Positions 40,094 through 50,997 of a stretch of DNA of 64,000 nucleotides are shown here, in pieces (position 1 is the first letter of the stretch; every line of letters starts with the position of its first letter). This DNA comes from Gammaproteobacteria bacterium (lineage in GTDB: Bacteria; Pseudomonadota; Gammaproteobacteria; UBA4575). The stretch covers positions 834,222 through 898,221 of the forward strand of contig CBDCUI010000008.1 in NCBI GenBank assembly GCA_965222615.1, written 5' to 3'. The position numbers and the translations under genes are program-made. The notes beneath the pieces are model-generated. The model saw only the letters and a program-made list of their open reading frames with translations. It ran no database searches and was not told the origin of the DNA.

Positions 40094-41323
40094 ATGCCAT
40101 TTGATATTGCACTTACGGGATTGAATGCTGCGCAAAATGATTTACAAGTCATCGCGAACAATATTGCAAATAGTGAAACCAGTGGGTTTAAACGTTCTAG
40201 AACAGAATTTGCAGATTTATATGCTACTTCAGAGTTTGGTACTTCAAGTAATGCAATTGGTCAAGGAGTTCAAGTAGCAGCAATAACCCAGCAGTTTACC
40301 GATGGCGATATTAATTTCACTGACAATCCTTTAGATCTTGCAATATCCGGCAGTGGTTTTTTTGTATTAGAAGATAACGGCGCGCAAGTATTTAGTCGAG
40401 CCGGAGCTTTTCAAGTAGATAATTTGGGTAACATTGTTAATTCAACTGGAAATCAGTTGGTAGGTTTTCAGGCGGACTCAACTGGTAATCTGACAGGGGC
40501 GCAGGGACCGCTTGCAATAAGTCGTGCAAACTTAGCTCCAAATGTAACCAGTAGTATTAATATCGATGCCAATCTGGATGCAGCTGAACCCATCCTACCT
40601 GCATTTTTAGTAGGACCTACAGGGCCTGATCCAGCTACGTATAATCATTCTGCATCGTTTACTACCTTTGATTCTTTGGGTGGTGAACATGTTACAACAG
40701 CCTATTTTAGGAAAGATACGGCAACAGATTGGCAAACTTTTCTATTTGTTGACAATGTACAAGTTGATGGACCGGATGTATTGACGTTTGATACCTTTGG
40801 AAGTTTGTCTGCAATTAATGGGGTTGCTGGTGCAAGCACCACTACTTCACCTGCATTTACACCAGGTGGTGTGGGAGCACCAACGACATTTACGGTTGAT
40901 TATGGCGATATTTCTCAATTTGGGGGTGGGTTTGCAATTAGTGCTATAGACCAAGACGGTTATGCAACGGGACGTTTAAGCTCATTAGATTTTGATACAA
41001 CTGGGACATTGTTTGCGCGTTATACCAATGGTCAGTCATTGACGCTAGGCCAGGTTGCACTTGCAAATTTTGCAAACTCGCAGGGATTACGTCCTCTTGG
41101 GGATTCAACCTGGTCTGAAAGCTTTGCTTCGGGTCAACCTCTGATTGGCGCACCTGGCTCAGGCGACTTAGGTTTAATACAGTCCGGTTCGCTTGAAGGA
41201 TCTAATGTCGATGTTACTGGGGAATTGATTAACTTAATTCAGACACAGCGTAACTTCCAGGCCAATGCGCAAGTAATCGGTACAGCAGATACGATTACTC
41301 AGACCATTATCAACATTCGTTAA
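40094..41323 (+). CDS. flgE: flagellar hook protein FlgE
   Basis: 409 aa; N-terminal SGFKRSR... and C-terminal NLIQTQRNFQANAQVI. Confidence 0.92.
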   Translation: MPFDIALTGLNAAQNDLQVIANNIANSETSGFKRSRTEFADLYATSEFGTSSNAIGQGVQVAAITQQFTDGDINFTDNPLDLAISGSGFFVLEDNGAQVFSRAGAFQVDNLGNIVNSTGNQLVGFQADSTGNLTGAQGPLAISRANLAPNVTSSINIDANLDAAEPILPAFLVGPTGPDPATYNHSASFTTFDSLGGEHVTTAYFRKDTATDWQTFLFVDNVQVDGPDVLTFDTFGSLSAINGVAGASTTTSPAFTPGGVGAPTTFTVDYGDISQFGGGFAISAIDQDGYATGRLSSLDFDTTGTLFARYTNGQSLTLGQVALANFANSQGLRPLGDSTWSESFASGQPLIGAPGSGDLGLIQSGSLEGSNVDVTGELINLIQTQRNFQANAQVIGTADTITQTIINIR

Positions 41324-41346
41324 TTTGATCGAGGATAAATAAACAC

Positions 41347-42087
41347 ATGGATCGCGCATTATATCTGGCAATGAATGGTGCAAAGCAAGTACAGCTACAT
41401 CAAGCCACAAATACACATAATCTTGCGAATGCAAGTACTACAGGATTTCGCGCTGATTTCGATGCATTTAATAGTTTGCCCGTATTAGGTCCGGGGTATG
41501 CCACACGTGTGTTTAATCAAGACGAAAGAAGTGGCGTTGATTTCTCCAATGGCGCATTGCAGCAAACTGGTAGAGAACTTGACGTCGCAATTAATGGTGA
41601 AGGGTTTATAGAAGTTCAAGCACCTAATGGCGACAATGCTTATACGCGTGCTGGTGATTTACATGTCACTGCAACGGGTTTATTGGAAACCGGTGCAGGC
41701 CATCCAGTAATGGGAAACGACGGGCCCATTGCAATACCACCATTTCAAAAATTGGAAATTGGTGGTGATGGGACGATTTCGATATTACCTGTTGGTCAAG
41801 AAGCTACAACCTTAGCTACGATCGATAGAATTAAGTTAGTCAATGCAAGTTCAGAGGCTTTGGTTAAAGGCGAAGATGGGTTGTTGAGGACAGTTACTGG
41901 TGTATCACTTGAGGCAGATGCATCAGTTACTGTTGCCTCGGGTGTATTAGAAGCAAGTAATGTAAATATAATCTCTGAATTACTCGACATGATTGAGCTT
42001 GCGCGCAATTTTGAGATGCACATAAAAATGATGCAGTCGATAGAACAAAATGATTCTGCAACTACACAAATTTTAAGAACTAACTAG
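41347..42087 (+). CDS. flgF: flagellar rod protein FlgF
   Basis: 246 aa; rod N- and C-terminal motifs. Confidence 0.9.
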   Translation: MDRALYLAMNGAKQVQLHQATNTHNLANASTTGFRADFDAFNSLPVLGPGYATRVFNQDERSGVDFSNGALQQTGRELDVAINGEGFIEVQAPNGDNAYTRAGDLHVTATGLLETGAGHPVMGNDGPIAIPPFQKLEIGGDGTISILPVGQEATTLATIDRIKLVNASSEALVKGEDGLLRTVTGVSLEADASVTVASGVLEASNVNIISELLDMIELARNFEMHIKMMQSIEQNDSATTQILRTN

Positions 42088-42117
42088 TCAATATATTTAA
42101 GTCATAGGAATTTTTAA

Positions 42118-42903
42118 ATGGACACAGCACTTTGGAATTCAAAAACAGGATTAGATGCACAACAAACACGCATTGCAGTGATTGCAAATAATTTAGCCAA
42201 TGCAAATACCACAGGGTTTAAACGAGACCGTGCAGTATTTCAGGACTTACTTTATCAAACAGTGCGCCAACCTGGTGCACAGTCTTCTCAAGACACACAG
42301 TTTCCAACGGGACTGCAAGTGGGTACAGGAGCGCGTATCGTAGCAACGGAAAAATTATTTACCCAAGGTAATCTTACGCGAACAGAAGCCTCGCTTGATC
42401 TCGCCATTCAAGGCAATGGCTTTTTTCAAATTTTGCAACCTGATGGAACAATTGGTTATACCCGTGATGGTACCTTTACTTTAGATTCAACCGGACAAAT
42501 CGTAAATTCAAGTGGCTATGTTCTACAACCATCGATAACGATTCCACCAAACGTTCTCAATATCACGATTGGTGCCGATGGAACAGTATCCGCACAAACA
42601 AGTGGAACTGCAGCTCCTACTCAAGTCGGCAATATTCAACTTGCTGAGTTTGTTAATCCAACTGGCTTACAGGCTAGAGGCAATAATTTATTGTTTGAAA
42701 CGGCAGCCTCCGGTACACCACAAATCGGAACACCCGGTACCAATGGGCTAGGCACATTAGAGCAGGGCTCGCTTGAAACAGCAAATGTAAATATCGTAGA
42801 AGAGTTGATTGGAATGATCGAAACACAACGAGTCTATGAAGTTAACTCACGTGCAATTGAAACCATAAGTGGCATGCTCGAATTTGCAAATAATACAATT
42901 TAA
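42118..42903 (+). CDS. flgG: flagellar distal rod protein FlgG
   Basis: 261 aa; highly conserved FlgG sequence. Confidence 0.95.
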   Translation: MDTALWNSKTGLDAQQTRIAVIANNLANANTTGFKRDRAVFQDLLYQTVRQPGAQSSQDTQFPTGLQVGTGARIVATEKLFTQGNLTRTEASLDLAIQGNGFFQILQPDGTIGYTRDGTFTLDSTGQIVNSSGYVLQPSITIPPNVLNITIGADGTVSAQTSGTAAPTQVGNIQLAEFVNPTGLQARGNNLLFETAASGTPQIGTPGTNGLGTLEQGSLETANVNIVEELIGMIETQRVYEVNSRAIETISGMLEFANNTI

Positions 42904-42922
42904 TAGATATTGCTTATAAAAA

Positions 42923-43585
42923 ATGAAGTCAATTTTAACTATTGTTTTTATTTTTATAGTTACGACAGGGTGTTCCAGTTTCGGTAGCTTAAAAGATCCT
43001 GACTATGCCCCAGGTGAAGCAGTAATCCCTGAGGGTAAGGCAACAATTGATGGCGCCATCTATGATCCAGCATATAACCTATTTTTGTTTGAAGATGTTA
43101 AGGCCAGAAGAGTAGGTGATCTTATTACTGTCATACTTCAGGAAAGTATTAATGCATCCAAGTCAGCAACCACTGAAGCAGATAAGGACTCAAATATCGA
43201 TTTACCTAATCCAACTTTGCTTGGCAAAGGCAATCGCCTAAATGAACTTGAAAACGATATTGAAACAACACGTGAATTCGATGGTGAAGGCGAGACTACC
43301 CAGGAAAATAGTATAGATGGCAATATCACCGTAACCGTGCACGAGGTGTATCCAAATGGCTATCTATTAGTTAAAGGTGAAAAGTTATTAGAGCTAAATG
43401 AAGGAAGTGAAATAGTACGAATATCTGGAATTGTTCGACCGACAGATGTGACCTCCGATAACACGATTCTTTCAAACCAAATCGCAGATGCACAAATAAC
43501 CTATAAAGGTAAAGGAATTGTGAGTGATAGTAGCAAAGCAGGTTGGTTAACTAGATTTTTCTATACCACTATATGGCCTTTTTAA
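42923..43585 (+). CDS. flgH: flagellar L-ring lipoprotein FlgH
   Basis: 220 aa; lipobox VTTGCSS. Confidence 0.92.
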   Translation: MKSILTIVFIFIVTTGCSSFGSLKDPDYAPGEAVIPEGKATIDGAIYDPAYNLFLFEDVKARRVGDLITVILQESINASKSATTEADKDSNIDLPNPTLLGKGNRLNELENDIETTREFDGEGETTQENSIDGNITVTVHEVYPNGYLLVKGEKLLELNEGSEIVRISGIVRPTDVTSDNTILSNQIADAQITYKGKGIVSDSSKAGWLTRFFYTTIWPF

Positions 43586-43597
43586 TTAAGTATTAAT

Positions 43598-44710
43598 ATG
43601 ACTAAAAACAGTATCACAAAATTGATAATAGTAATTTGCATTACATTGTTTGCAAATAATCTTAGTGCAGAACGCATCAAGGACATTTCCACTTTCGCAG
43701 GGGTTCGAAATAACCAATTACTTGGCTATGGATTAGTGGTTGGTTTAGATGGCACCGGAGATCAAACTTCGCAAACGCCTTTTACCATTCAAAGTTTAAA
43801 AAGCTTCTTAAAACAATATGGCGTAACTATTCCGCCTGACGTGAATCCACAGCTAAAAAATGTCGCTGCAGTGACCGTACACGCAGACTTATCTCCTTTT
43901 GCAAAACCAGGACAAGCTATTGATGTAACGGTTTCATCACTGGGCAATGCCAAAAGTCTACGTGGAGGTAGTTTATTAATTACACCTTTACGTGGGATTG
44001 ATGGGCAGGTGTATGCAGTAGCACAAGGGAATCTCGTCGTTGGCGGTTTAGGGGTACAAGGCAGTGACGGTTCCAGTATTAGCATTAATATACCGAGTGC
44101 AGGGCGAATTCCAAATGGTGCGACGGTTGAACGAACTGTGCCATCACCTTTTGCATCGAGCGAATATTTATATCTAAATTTACATGCAGCCGATTTTACC
44201 ACTGCAAAACGGGTACAGAATAGAATTAACAGACATTTTAAACAGCAAATTGCTCAAGCTATCGATGCCGTAACAGTTAAAATTAATGCTCCGTTTGAAA
44301 GTTCATCGCGTGTTTCATTTATTGCAGATCTTGAAAATATTGAACTAATTCCGGGTGACGCACCAGCAAAAGTAATTGTTAATTCAAGAACAGGAACAGT
44401 AGTGATTGGCTCCAATGTAAATGTTTCTCCGGCAGCAGTTACCCATGGAAGTTTGGCAGTGACGATCACTTCAGATCCGCTGGTTAGTCAGCCAAATGAA
44501 TTTTCCTTAGGTCAGACAGCCGTAGTGGATCGAACCAACATAGAAGTCGAACAAGAATCTAATCGGATGTTCTTGTTTGGACCAGGTGTAACTTTAAATG
44601 AAATCGTAAATGCCGTAAATCAAGTGGGTGCCGCACCAGGTGATCTTGTAGCGATACTTGAAGCACTTAAACAAGCTGGCGCTTTGCGAGCTGAATTAGT
44701 CATTATATAA
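43598..44710 (+). CDS. flgI: flagellar P-ring protein FlgI
   Basis: 370 aa; signal peptide, conserved FlgI. Confidence 0.95.
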   Translation: MTKNSITKLIIVICITLFANNLSAERIKDISTFAGVRNNQLLGYGLVVGLDGTGDQTSQTPFTIQSLKSFLKQYGVTIPPDVNPQLKNVAAVTVHADLSPFAKPGQAIDVTVSSLGNAKSLRGGSLLITPLRGIDGQVYAVAQGNLVVGGLGVQGSDGSSISINIPSAGRIPNGATVERTVPSPFASSEYLYLNLHAADFTTAKRVQNRINRHFKQQIAQAIDAVTVKINAPFESSSRVSFIADLENIELIPGDAPAKVIVNSRTGTVVIGSNVNVSPAAVTHGSLAVTITSDPLVSQPNEFSLGQTAVVDRTNIEVEQESNRMFLFGPGVTLNEIVNAVNQVGAAPGDLVAILEALKQAGALRAELVII

Positions 44711-44726
44711 ATGCTTACTCAGCTTT

Positions 44727-45710
44727 ATGGATACACAAATTAATGTTTCAAAAGTCGTTTCTGGGTTGTTACAAGTAAATGCATTAAATAATTCAGTGGG
44801 CATCACTTCTTCAAATACTTTAGATGATGCAGTACAACAATTTGAGGCATATTTTATTCAATCGATGCTAAAGAGTATGCGCAGTGCATCATTAGCTTCT
44901 GGTCTACTTGAAAGTGATAAATCTAACTTTTTTCGAGATTGGCATGATCAACAGTTAGCCAAGGATTTAGCTTCAAAAGAGACATTTGCCGTAGCAAATT
45001 TATTGCGTAGTCAATTTGGTGAAAAATCTAATGAAGCTATACCTGTTGCCAACTTAGGTCTTTCACCAATATTTAAGCGCAGCCCTTATGCCTTAGTTAA
45101 AAGCCCTGTGATTCCAGAAAATACTACTTTAAAACAGACAGTTACAAAAGAAATCGTAGAAACGGCACTTAAGCCTAATAAAGTAGTTCCGCTTACACCC
45201 ACAAAATTTGTACAAGAAGTGTATCCACATGCACAGCGTGCAGCTTCAAAATTAAATACATCGGCCGATGTATTAATTGCGATTGCTGCTTTGGAAACGG
45301 GCTGGGGAGTACACACACCGAAATTAAATGCTGCCCAAGATTCATTTAACTATTTTGGAATTAAAGCGAAAAACTGGCAAGGACCAGCAGTTACAAGCGT
45401 AACAAAAGAGTTTGACGGAACTAAAATGATTCAGGTGCAAGATAAGTTTAGGGCATATAAATCAACAGCAGAATCATTTAATGATTTCGCGAATTTTTTA
45501 TTGCAGAGCCCACGCTATCAGAATGCGCTTAAATCAAGCCACAATGACAAGGCTTTTGTAGAAGAATTACAAAGAGCAGGTTACGCAACGGACCCAAATT
45601 ATGCAAAAAAAGTAATTTCTATTTTAGAGGGAAGTATTTTAAAAAATGCGCTTAATTCAAATTACAAACTGAAGCTAACAGAAAATAGTGAAAGTTCTAA
45701 TGTACATTAA
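44727..45710 (+). CDS. flgJ: FlgJ (rod-capping N-domain + glucosaminidase peptidoglycan hydrolase)
   Basis: 327 aa. Confidence 0.88.
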   Translation: MDTQINVSKVVSGLLQVNALNNSVGITSSNTLDDAVQQFEAYFIQSMLKSMRSASLASGLLESDKSNFFRDWHDQQLAKDLASKETFAVANLLRSQFGEKSNEAIPVANLGLSPIFKRSPYALVKSPVIPENTTLKQTVTKEIVETALKPNKVVPLTPTKFVQEVYPHAQRAASKLNTSADVLIAIAALETGWGVHTPKLNAAQDSFNYFGIKAKNWQGPAVTSVTKEFDGTKMIQVQDKFRAYKSTAESFNDFANFLLQSPRYQNALKSSHNDKAFVEELQRAGYATDPNYAKKVISILEGSILKNALNSNYKLKLTENSESSNVH

Positions 45711-45724
45711 ACTATAGGTGAAAA

Positions 45725-47632
45725 GTGGTAGATGCATCAAGAGTTGCGCTGACAGGACTACAGGCCTTTCAACGAGCGCTTACAACAACTTCAAATAACG
45801 TAGCTAATGTTGGTACAGAAGGATATACAAGACAACGAGTCGATATTGTTACAAGACCTTCTGTAGCATTTGGCGATGGCTTTTTTGGAAGTGGTGCTCG
45901 AGTATCTGGCGTTCAACGAATTGAAGATCAATTTTTAAATGCACGGGTTCAGACAAGTGCATCGGATGTGTCAAGGTTAAATTCCTATTTAAGCCTTATT
46001 CAGCGTGTCGATAATCTATTATCTGATTCACAAGGTGGATTAGATAATGCATTGCAAAATTTCTTTAATAGTCTTCAAGATCTTTCAAATGATCCTTCTT
46101 CGATACCGACTCGACAAGTTGTACTGAGTAATGCTGAAACCTTAGTTGCACGTTTTAAAGATTTAGATCAGAAATATAACGATATTAATCAAGAAATAAA
46201 CACTCGCTTGACTAGCGATATTAATGAAGTCAATAGTCTTGCGAGTAGTATTGCCGAACTGAATCAAAGGATCGTTGAAGCCAAAGCAGTGACCTCAGGT
46301 GCAGGTGTGCCTAATGATCTTGTTGATCAACGCAATGTTCTTATTGAACGATTATCTGAACGTATTTCGGTAAGCACTGTAGAACTAAATGATGGGTCTG
46401 TAAATGTGTTTATTGGTGGCGGTGAGTCGGTAGTGATCGGAAATTTATCACGGCAACTCTTCACAATAAATGATCCAAATAACCCCGGTGAATTGCGCGT
46501 AGGTATCGATGCTGGTGCAGGTACCTTTGATATCACAAATAAAATCACTGGTGGTAGTGTTAGTGGGTTATTAGATTTTAGGAATGAACAGCTTAGTGAA
46601 ATTCGTAATCAAACCGGTCGCATAGCATTAGTGCTTGCGAATACGTTTAATACACGACATCAAGAGGGTTTAGATGCCAACGGCGCGCTGGGGACTAATT
46701 TTTTCACTGTGGCCGGTGCACAGACGATTAGTAGTCAAAATAACACTGGTACGGCGTCCGTTACTACAACGATAACTGACTACTCGCAATTAACAAGTTC
46801 TGACTATGAGTTGAGTTTTGATGGAAGTGTTTTCACTTTAACTCGGTTAAGTGATGGCGTGAGCACTAGCGCGGCTAGTTCTCCTATCAATATTGATGGA
46901 ATACAAGTAGATGTAGTCGGAGCCGCTGCTGCAGGGGATCTCTTTTTAATTCAACCTACACGTCAAGGCGCAGCTGGTATTGATGTGCTGTTAACCAATA
47001 CAAGTCAAATAGCTGCAGCTTCACCAGTGCGTACCTTAGAAAATACTTCTAACCTAGGTAATGGGAATATAACTGCTGCAGAGATTCTAGATATCAACAA
47101 TGCCGATTTGCTGGATACAGTAGAAATTCGTTTTAATACACCGCCTTCTACTTTTGATGTTGTAAATGTAACCGATGGCATTACGATTGCTGCAGGTGTG
47201 AGTTATACGAATAATGGAAATATCGACTTTAATGGCATACGTGTTCAGGTTCAAAATCAGCCTGAAGCAGGTGACGTTTTTACCATAGAACAAAATACAG
47301 GTGGTGTAGGGGATAACACTAATGCACTTTCTTTATTAGATATACAAACATCGCAAACAGTAGGCGGTACTGCTACGTTACAGGAAGCTTATGGCGCATT
47401 GGTGGGTCAAGTTGGAACGGTAAGTCGTCAAACAAATATCAGTAGCCAGACACAACAAGCGTTATTGGATCAGGCCGTACAAGAGAGAGATAATGTTTCA
47501 GGTGTAAACCTTGACGAAGAAGCCATTAACCTTGTTCGCTATCAGCAAGCCTATCAAGCTGCAGCACAAGTCATTGCTACGTCGAATTCTTTGTTTGAAA
47601 CATTTCTTGGAATCGTGAGCAGGGTGATATAA
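45725..47632 (+). CDS. flgK: hook-associated protein 1 FlgK
   Basis: 635 aa; conserved termini. Confidence 0.9.
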   Translation: MVDASRVALTGLQAFQRALTTTSNNVANVGTEGYTRQRVDIVTRPSVAFGDGFFGSGARVSGVQRIEDQFLNARVQTSASDVSRLNSYLSLIQRVDNLLSDSQGGLDNALQNFFNSLQDLSNDPSSIPTRQVVLSNAETLVARFKDLDQKYNDINQEINTRLTSDINEVNSLASSIAELNQRIVEAKAVTSGAGVPNDLVDQRNVLIERLSERISVSTVELNDGSVNVFIGGGESVVIGNLSRQLFTINDPNNPGELRVGIDAGAGTFDITNKITGGSVSGLLDFRNEQLSEIRNQTGRIALVLANTFNTRHQEGLDANGALGTNFFTVAGAQTISSQNNTGTASVTTTITDYSQLTSSDYELSFDGSVFTLTRLSDGVSTSAASSPINIDGIQVDVVGAAAAGDLFLIQPTRQGAAGIDVLLTNTSQIAAASPVRTLENTSNLGNGNITAAEILDINNADLLDTVEIRFNTPPSTFDVVNVTDGITIAAGVSYTNNGNIDFNGIRVQVQNQPEAGDVFTIEQNTGGVGDNTNALSLLDIQTSQTVGGTATLQEAYGALVGQVGTVSRQTNISSQTQQALLDQAVQERDNVSGVNLDEEAINLVRYQQAYQAAAQVIATSNSLFETFLGIVSRVI

Positions 47633-47637
47633 CCACT

Positions 47638-48843
47638 ATGGCACGTATTCCTACAGCGTTTATTTTCCAAAAGACTGCGATTGATATTGCTCAAAAACAA
47701 TTTGAGCTTGCAGAAATTCAAAATCAAATAGGTACAGGAAAACGCCTTAATAAACCTTCCGATGGACCTGCTGAAACCGCGCGGGTTATCGATTTAAACC
47801 AAGCTATCGGTAGAATTGATCAGTTTCAGCGTAATAGTATTTTTGCAAATCAGCGCTTAGGTCTTGAAGATGCGACACTTTCAAGCATAAATAATCTATT
47901 ACAACGTGTTCGAGATTTGGCTTTGCAATCAAATAGTGGTAGCCAGACAGATGAGACACGCACAATTATTCGAGCAGAAGTAGAACAACGATTGCAAGAG
48001 CTGCTTGACTATGCAAATGCACGTGATGGAAACGGCAATTATTTATTCTCTGGTTCAAAAAGCCGAACTGAACCGTTTACGCAAACAGCTTCAGGCGTGA
48101 GCTATAACGGTGATCAAAATCAGTTGACCTTAAAAATATCGGGTAATCGCAATATTGCGGCTTCTGAATCGGGTTATGATGTCTTTGTAAATATTAAAAA
48201 CGGAAACGGTGATTTTTTTACAGATTCGAATTCCACCAATATCGGTGATGGAATCATTACAATAGGGTCTGTCATCGATAATAGCTCATTTCAAGCGCAT
48301 GATTTCACCATTACCTTCACATCGCCAACGAGCTATGACGTTGTAAATACAACTACTTCTACTACTATTTTAACAGCTCAACCTTATGTATCGGGTCAGT
48401 CGATAAATTTTAATGGGTCTGAAGTCACTATTTCAGGACAACCACAAACCGGGGATCAATTTGTGGTAAATGCAAGTCGAAGACAAGGGATATTTGCCAC
48501 ACTGCAGAATTTTATTAATGCTTTGAGTATTAGCCCTGCAAATCCAGCTGACCAAGCACAACTAACACAGGTTCTTGATCGCACCATAAGCGATGTAGAT
48601 CAGGCTTTACAGAATGTTCTTAATATTCGCACGTTTATTGGTACGCGACAAAATTCAATTGATACCGCTAATACCGAGAATGAAGGCGCTAAGATAGAGT
48701 TGCAGACAACACGTTCACAAATTCAAGATTTGGATTTTGCTGAGGCCATCACACAATTACAGTTGCAACAAACTACTTTACAGGCAATCCAAGGGGCTTT
48801 TGCACAAGTTCGAGGATTAAGTTTGTTTAATTTTCTTAGGTAA
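47638..48843 (+). CDS. flgL: hook-associated protein 3 FlgL
   Basis: 401 aa; flagellin-like termini. Confidence 0.88.
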   Translation: MARIPTAFIFQKTAIDIAQKQFELAEIQNQIGTGKRLNKPSDGPAETARVIDLNQAIGRIDQFQRNSIFANQRLGLEDATLSSINNLLQRVRDLALQSNSGSQTDETRTIIRAEVEQRLQELLDYANARDGNGNYLFSGSKSRTEPFTQTASGVSYNGDQNQLTLKISGNRNIAASESGYDVFVNIKNGNGDFFTDSNSTNIGDGIITIGSVIDNSSFQAHDFTITFTSPTSYDVVNTTTSTTILTAQPYVSGQSINFNGSEVTISGQPQTGDQFVVNASRRQGIFATLQNFINALSISPANPADQAQLTQVLDRTISDVDQALQNVLNIRTFIGTRQNSIDTANTENEGAKIELQTTRSQIQDLDFAEAITQLQLQQTTLQAIQGAFAQVRGLSLFNFLR

Positions 48844-48963
48844 AATAATAGGGACTACCTTTTATCGGGTAAATCCCATTTCTAAAAGATTTACTTATAA
48901 AGAAATTTAAACTACTACCATGTGTAGTTGTTTGAATTTATTACAAAAAATTTGATCATTTCT

Positions 48964-48990
48964 TAAAGATTTTAAATCTCACGCCGATAA
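48964..48990 (+). promoter_or_regulatory. sigma-28 (FliA) class III promoter of fliC
   Basis: TAAAG-attttaaatctcac-GCCGATAA; perfect TAAA-N15-GCCGATAA consensus about 100 nt upstream of fliC. Confidence 0.65.
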
Positions 48991-49095
48991 GGGAACCAGG
49001 ACAGCGTAGAAGCCTATACGCGCTGCGGTGTCAAAGTCTTTGGAACTTTGTCTTTTTTCAAGGAGAAATGGGATTACTACTAAGGAGTAAGTAAA

Positions 49096-50454
49096 ATGCC
49101 TCAAATTATTAATACAAACCTGTTTTCGTTGAATGCTCAGCGAAACCTGAATACAACGCAAAGTGCTTTGCAAACTTCATTGCAGCGTTTGTCTTCAGGC
49201 CTACGAGTAAACAGTGCGAAAGACGATGCCGCTGGCTTGGCTATTGCTGAGCGATTTACTGCGCAAATTCGAGGGTTGAATCAAGCCATTCGAAATTCAA
49301 ATGATGGTATTTCGTTTTCGCAAACCGCTGAAGGAGCTTTATCGACAGCTACTAACGCTTTACAGCGTATTCGTGAGCTAGCAGTACAGTCTGCAAATGA
49401 CACAAACTCATCTACAGATCGTCAAGCTCTGAATAACGAAGTACAGCAGTTAGTTGCTGAAATTAATCGAATTGCAAACAGCACGCAGTTTAATGGTCAA
49501 AACATTTTGGATGGAACCTCAAGTACTTTGGTGTTTCAAGTGGGTGCCAATCAAAATCAAACCATCAGTGTCGATGGTGTCGATGCACGTGGTGAGATCC
49601 TTGGTGCACGTGTGTCAACAAGTGGTTCAATTGATCAAACCGCTATTAATGCATCGATTGCTGCAGATGATATCGTCATTCAAGGTATTTCAGTTGACTT
49701 GTCTGGTTTGTCAGCTGGTGATACTACTGCGGCAATCGTGAATGCGATTAACCAAGTTACTGCACAAACAGGTGTAACAGCTCAGCTCAATACTACGGTT
49801 ACAACAGGCGATGTTCAATTAACGGCTGCACCTGGTGGTACCGGAACTATTAATGGAGTACAAGTTGCTTTAACCGGTGTTGCCGCAACAGATGTGGATA
49901 CTATTAATGCGCTAAGTTCACAAACTGGCGTTACTGCTGTTGCAGGTACTGATGCAGACGATGTAGTACTGAGTAACACAGATGGGTCTGCCATTTCGGT
50001 AGGGGGTGCAGGTTTTGTTGCCGCTGAAACTTACCGTGCTGGTATTACCCTTGCTGGACAAGTTGGTTCTGCATTTACTGCAACAGGAACTTTTGCGGTT
50101 GAGACTGGGCAAACTGCTTTAGGGGCGTCACAGGCTGATCAAACTGTCAATGGAACTGATGTGTTAACGCAAAGCACTTCTACTGATGCGCTGTTGACAG
50201 TTGATTTTGCATTACAGCAAATCAACACATTACGCTCTGAATTAGGTGCGGTACAAACTCGGTTTGAATCAACTATTTCTAACCTTCAGATTACAGTTGA
50301 AAATCTAACTGCAGCACGTTCGCGTATTCAAGATGCAGACTTCGCAGCGGAAACGGCGAACTTAACTCGTTCGCAAATTCTGCAGCAAGCGGGGCTTGCA
50401 ATTGTTGCACAGGCTAACGCTTTACCGCAGAACGTATTGTCACTACTCCAGTAG
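49096..50454 (+). CDS. fliC: flagellin
   Basis: 452 aa; conserved N-terminus [14 protein letters not shown] and C-terminus [13 protein letters not shown]. Confidence 0.95.
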   Translation: MPQIINTNLFSLNAQRNLNTTQSALQTSLQRLSSGLRVNSAKDDAAGLAIAERFTAQIRGLNQAIRNSNDGISFSQTAEGALSTATNALQRIRELAVQSANDTNSSTDRQALNNEVQQLVAEINRIANSTQFNGQNILDGTSSTLVFQVGANQNQTISVDGVDARGEILGARVSTSGSIDQTAINASIAADDIVIQGISVDLSGLSAGDTTAAIVNAINQVTAQTGVTAQLNTTVTTGDVQLTAAPGGTGTINGVQVALTGVAATDVDTINALSSQTGVTAVAGTDADDVVLSNTDGSAISVGGAGFVAAETYRAGITLAGQVGSAFTATGTFAVETGQTALGASQADQTVNGTDVLTQSTSTDALLTVDFALQQINTLRSELGAVQTRFESTISNLQITVENLTAARSRIQDADFAAETANLTRSQILQQAGLAIVAQANALPQNVLSLLQ

Positions 50455-50465
50455 TAGTAATTTAA

Positions 50466-50517
50466 CTTTCGGAGATATGCATCTGGAAACCTATCCTTCT
50501 AGATGCATAACCGAAAG
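50466..50517 (+). terminator. imperfect hairpin after fliC (7+8 bp stem, about 16-nt loop); putative attenuating terminator before flaG-fliD
   Basis: ctttcgg-ag-atatgcatct ... agatgcat-aa-ccgaaag. Confidence 0.35.
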
Positions 50518-50537
50518 ATGTAGATGAGAGATTTAAT

Positions 50538-50939
50538 ATGGTTGCAGAAGTAATTAAATTGCCTCAGGGCACGCCAAATAGTTTCCAGCCTATTCAGAAT
50601 GGTTCGGTGGGCGTCATCAATGCCTCAGTAAAAAATACGCAACAGCCAAAAGTATTTAGTCAATCTGCAAAGCTCATCGAGCAGGCGGCACAGAATATTG
50701 AAGTTGTACGCAAGGCTGCTAGTGATTTAAATAACTTTGCTAAACAAATACAAACCAGTCTGAAATTTTCTGTTGATGAAGCAAGTGGCCGATCAATTAT
50801 TACAGTTACAGATTCACAAACCGGCGATGTGATACGCCAAATACCGGCAAAAGAAATCCTTGCGGTGGCAAATTTGCTCCGCGAATTTACCGCATCCGAT
50901 ATCGATAAAGTCGGCCTACTGTTAGCTGATCAAGGATAA
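50538..50939 (+). CDS. flaG: flagellar protein FlaG
   Basis: 133 aa; position between fliC and fliD. Confidence 0.75.
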   Translation: MVAEVIKLPQGTPNSFQPIQNGSVGVINASVKNTQQPKVFSQSAKLIEQAAQNIEVVRKAASDLNNFAKQIQTSLKFSVDEASGRSIITVTDSQTGDVIRQIPAKEILAVANLLREFTASDIDKVGLLLADQG

Positions 50940-50997
50940 ACACATTTGGCACTAATTTTGCCTAACTATCATCATGGAATGATGAATTAATTATCGC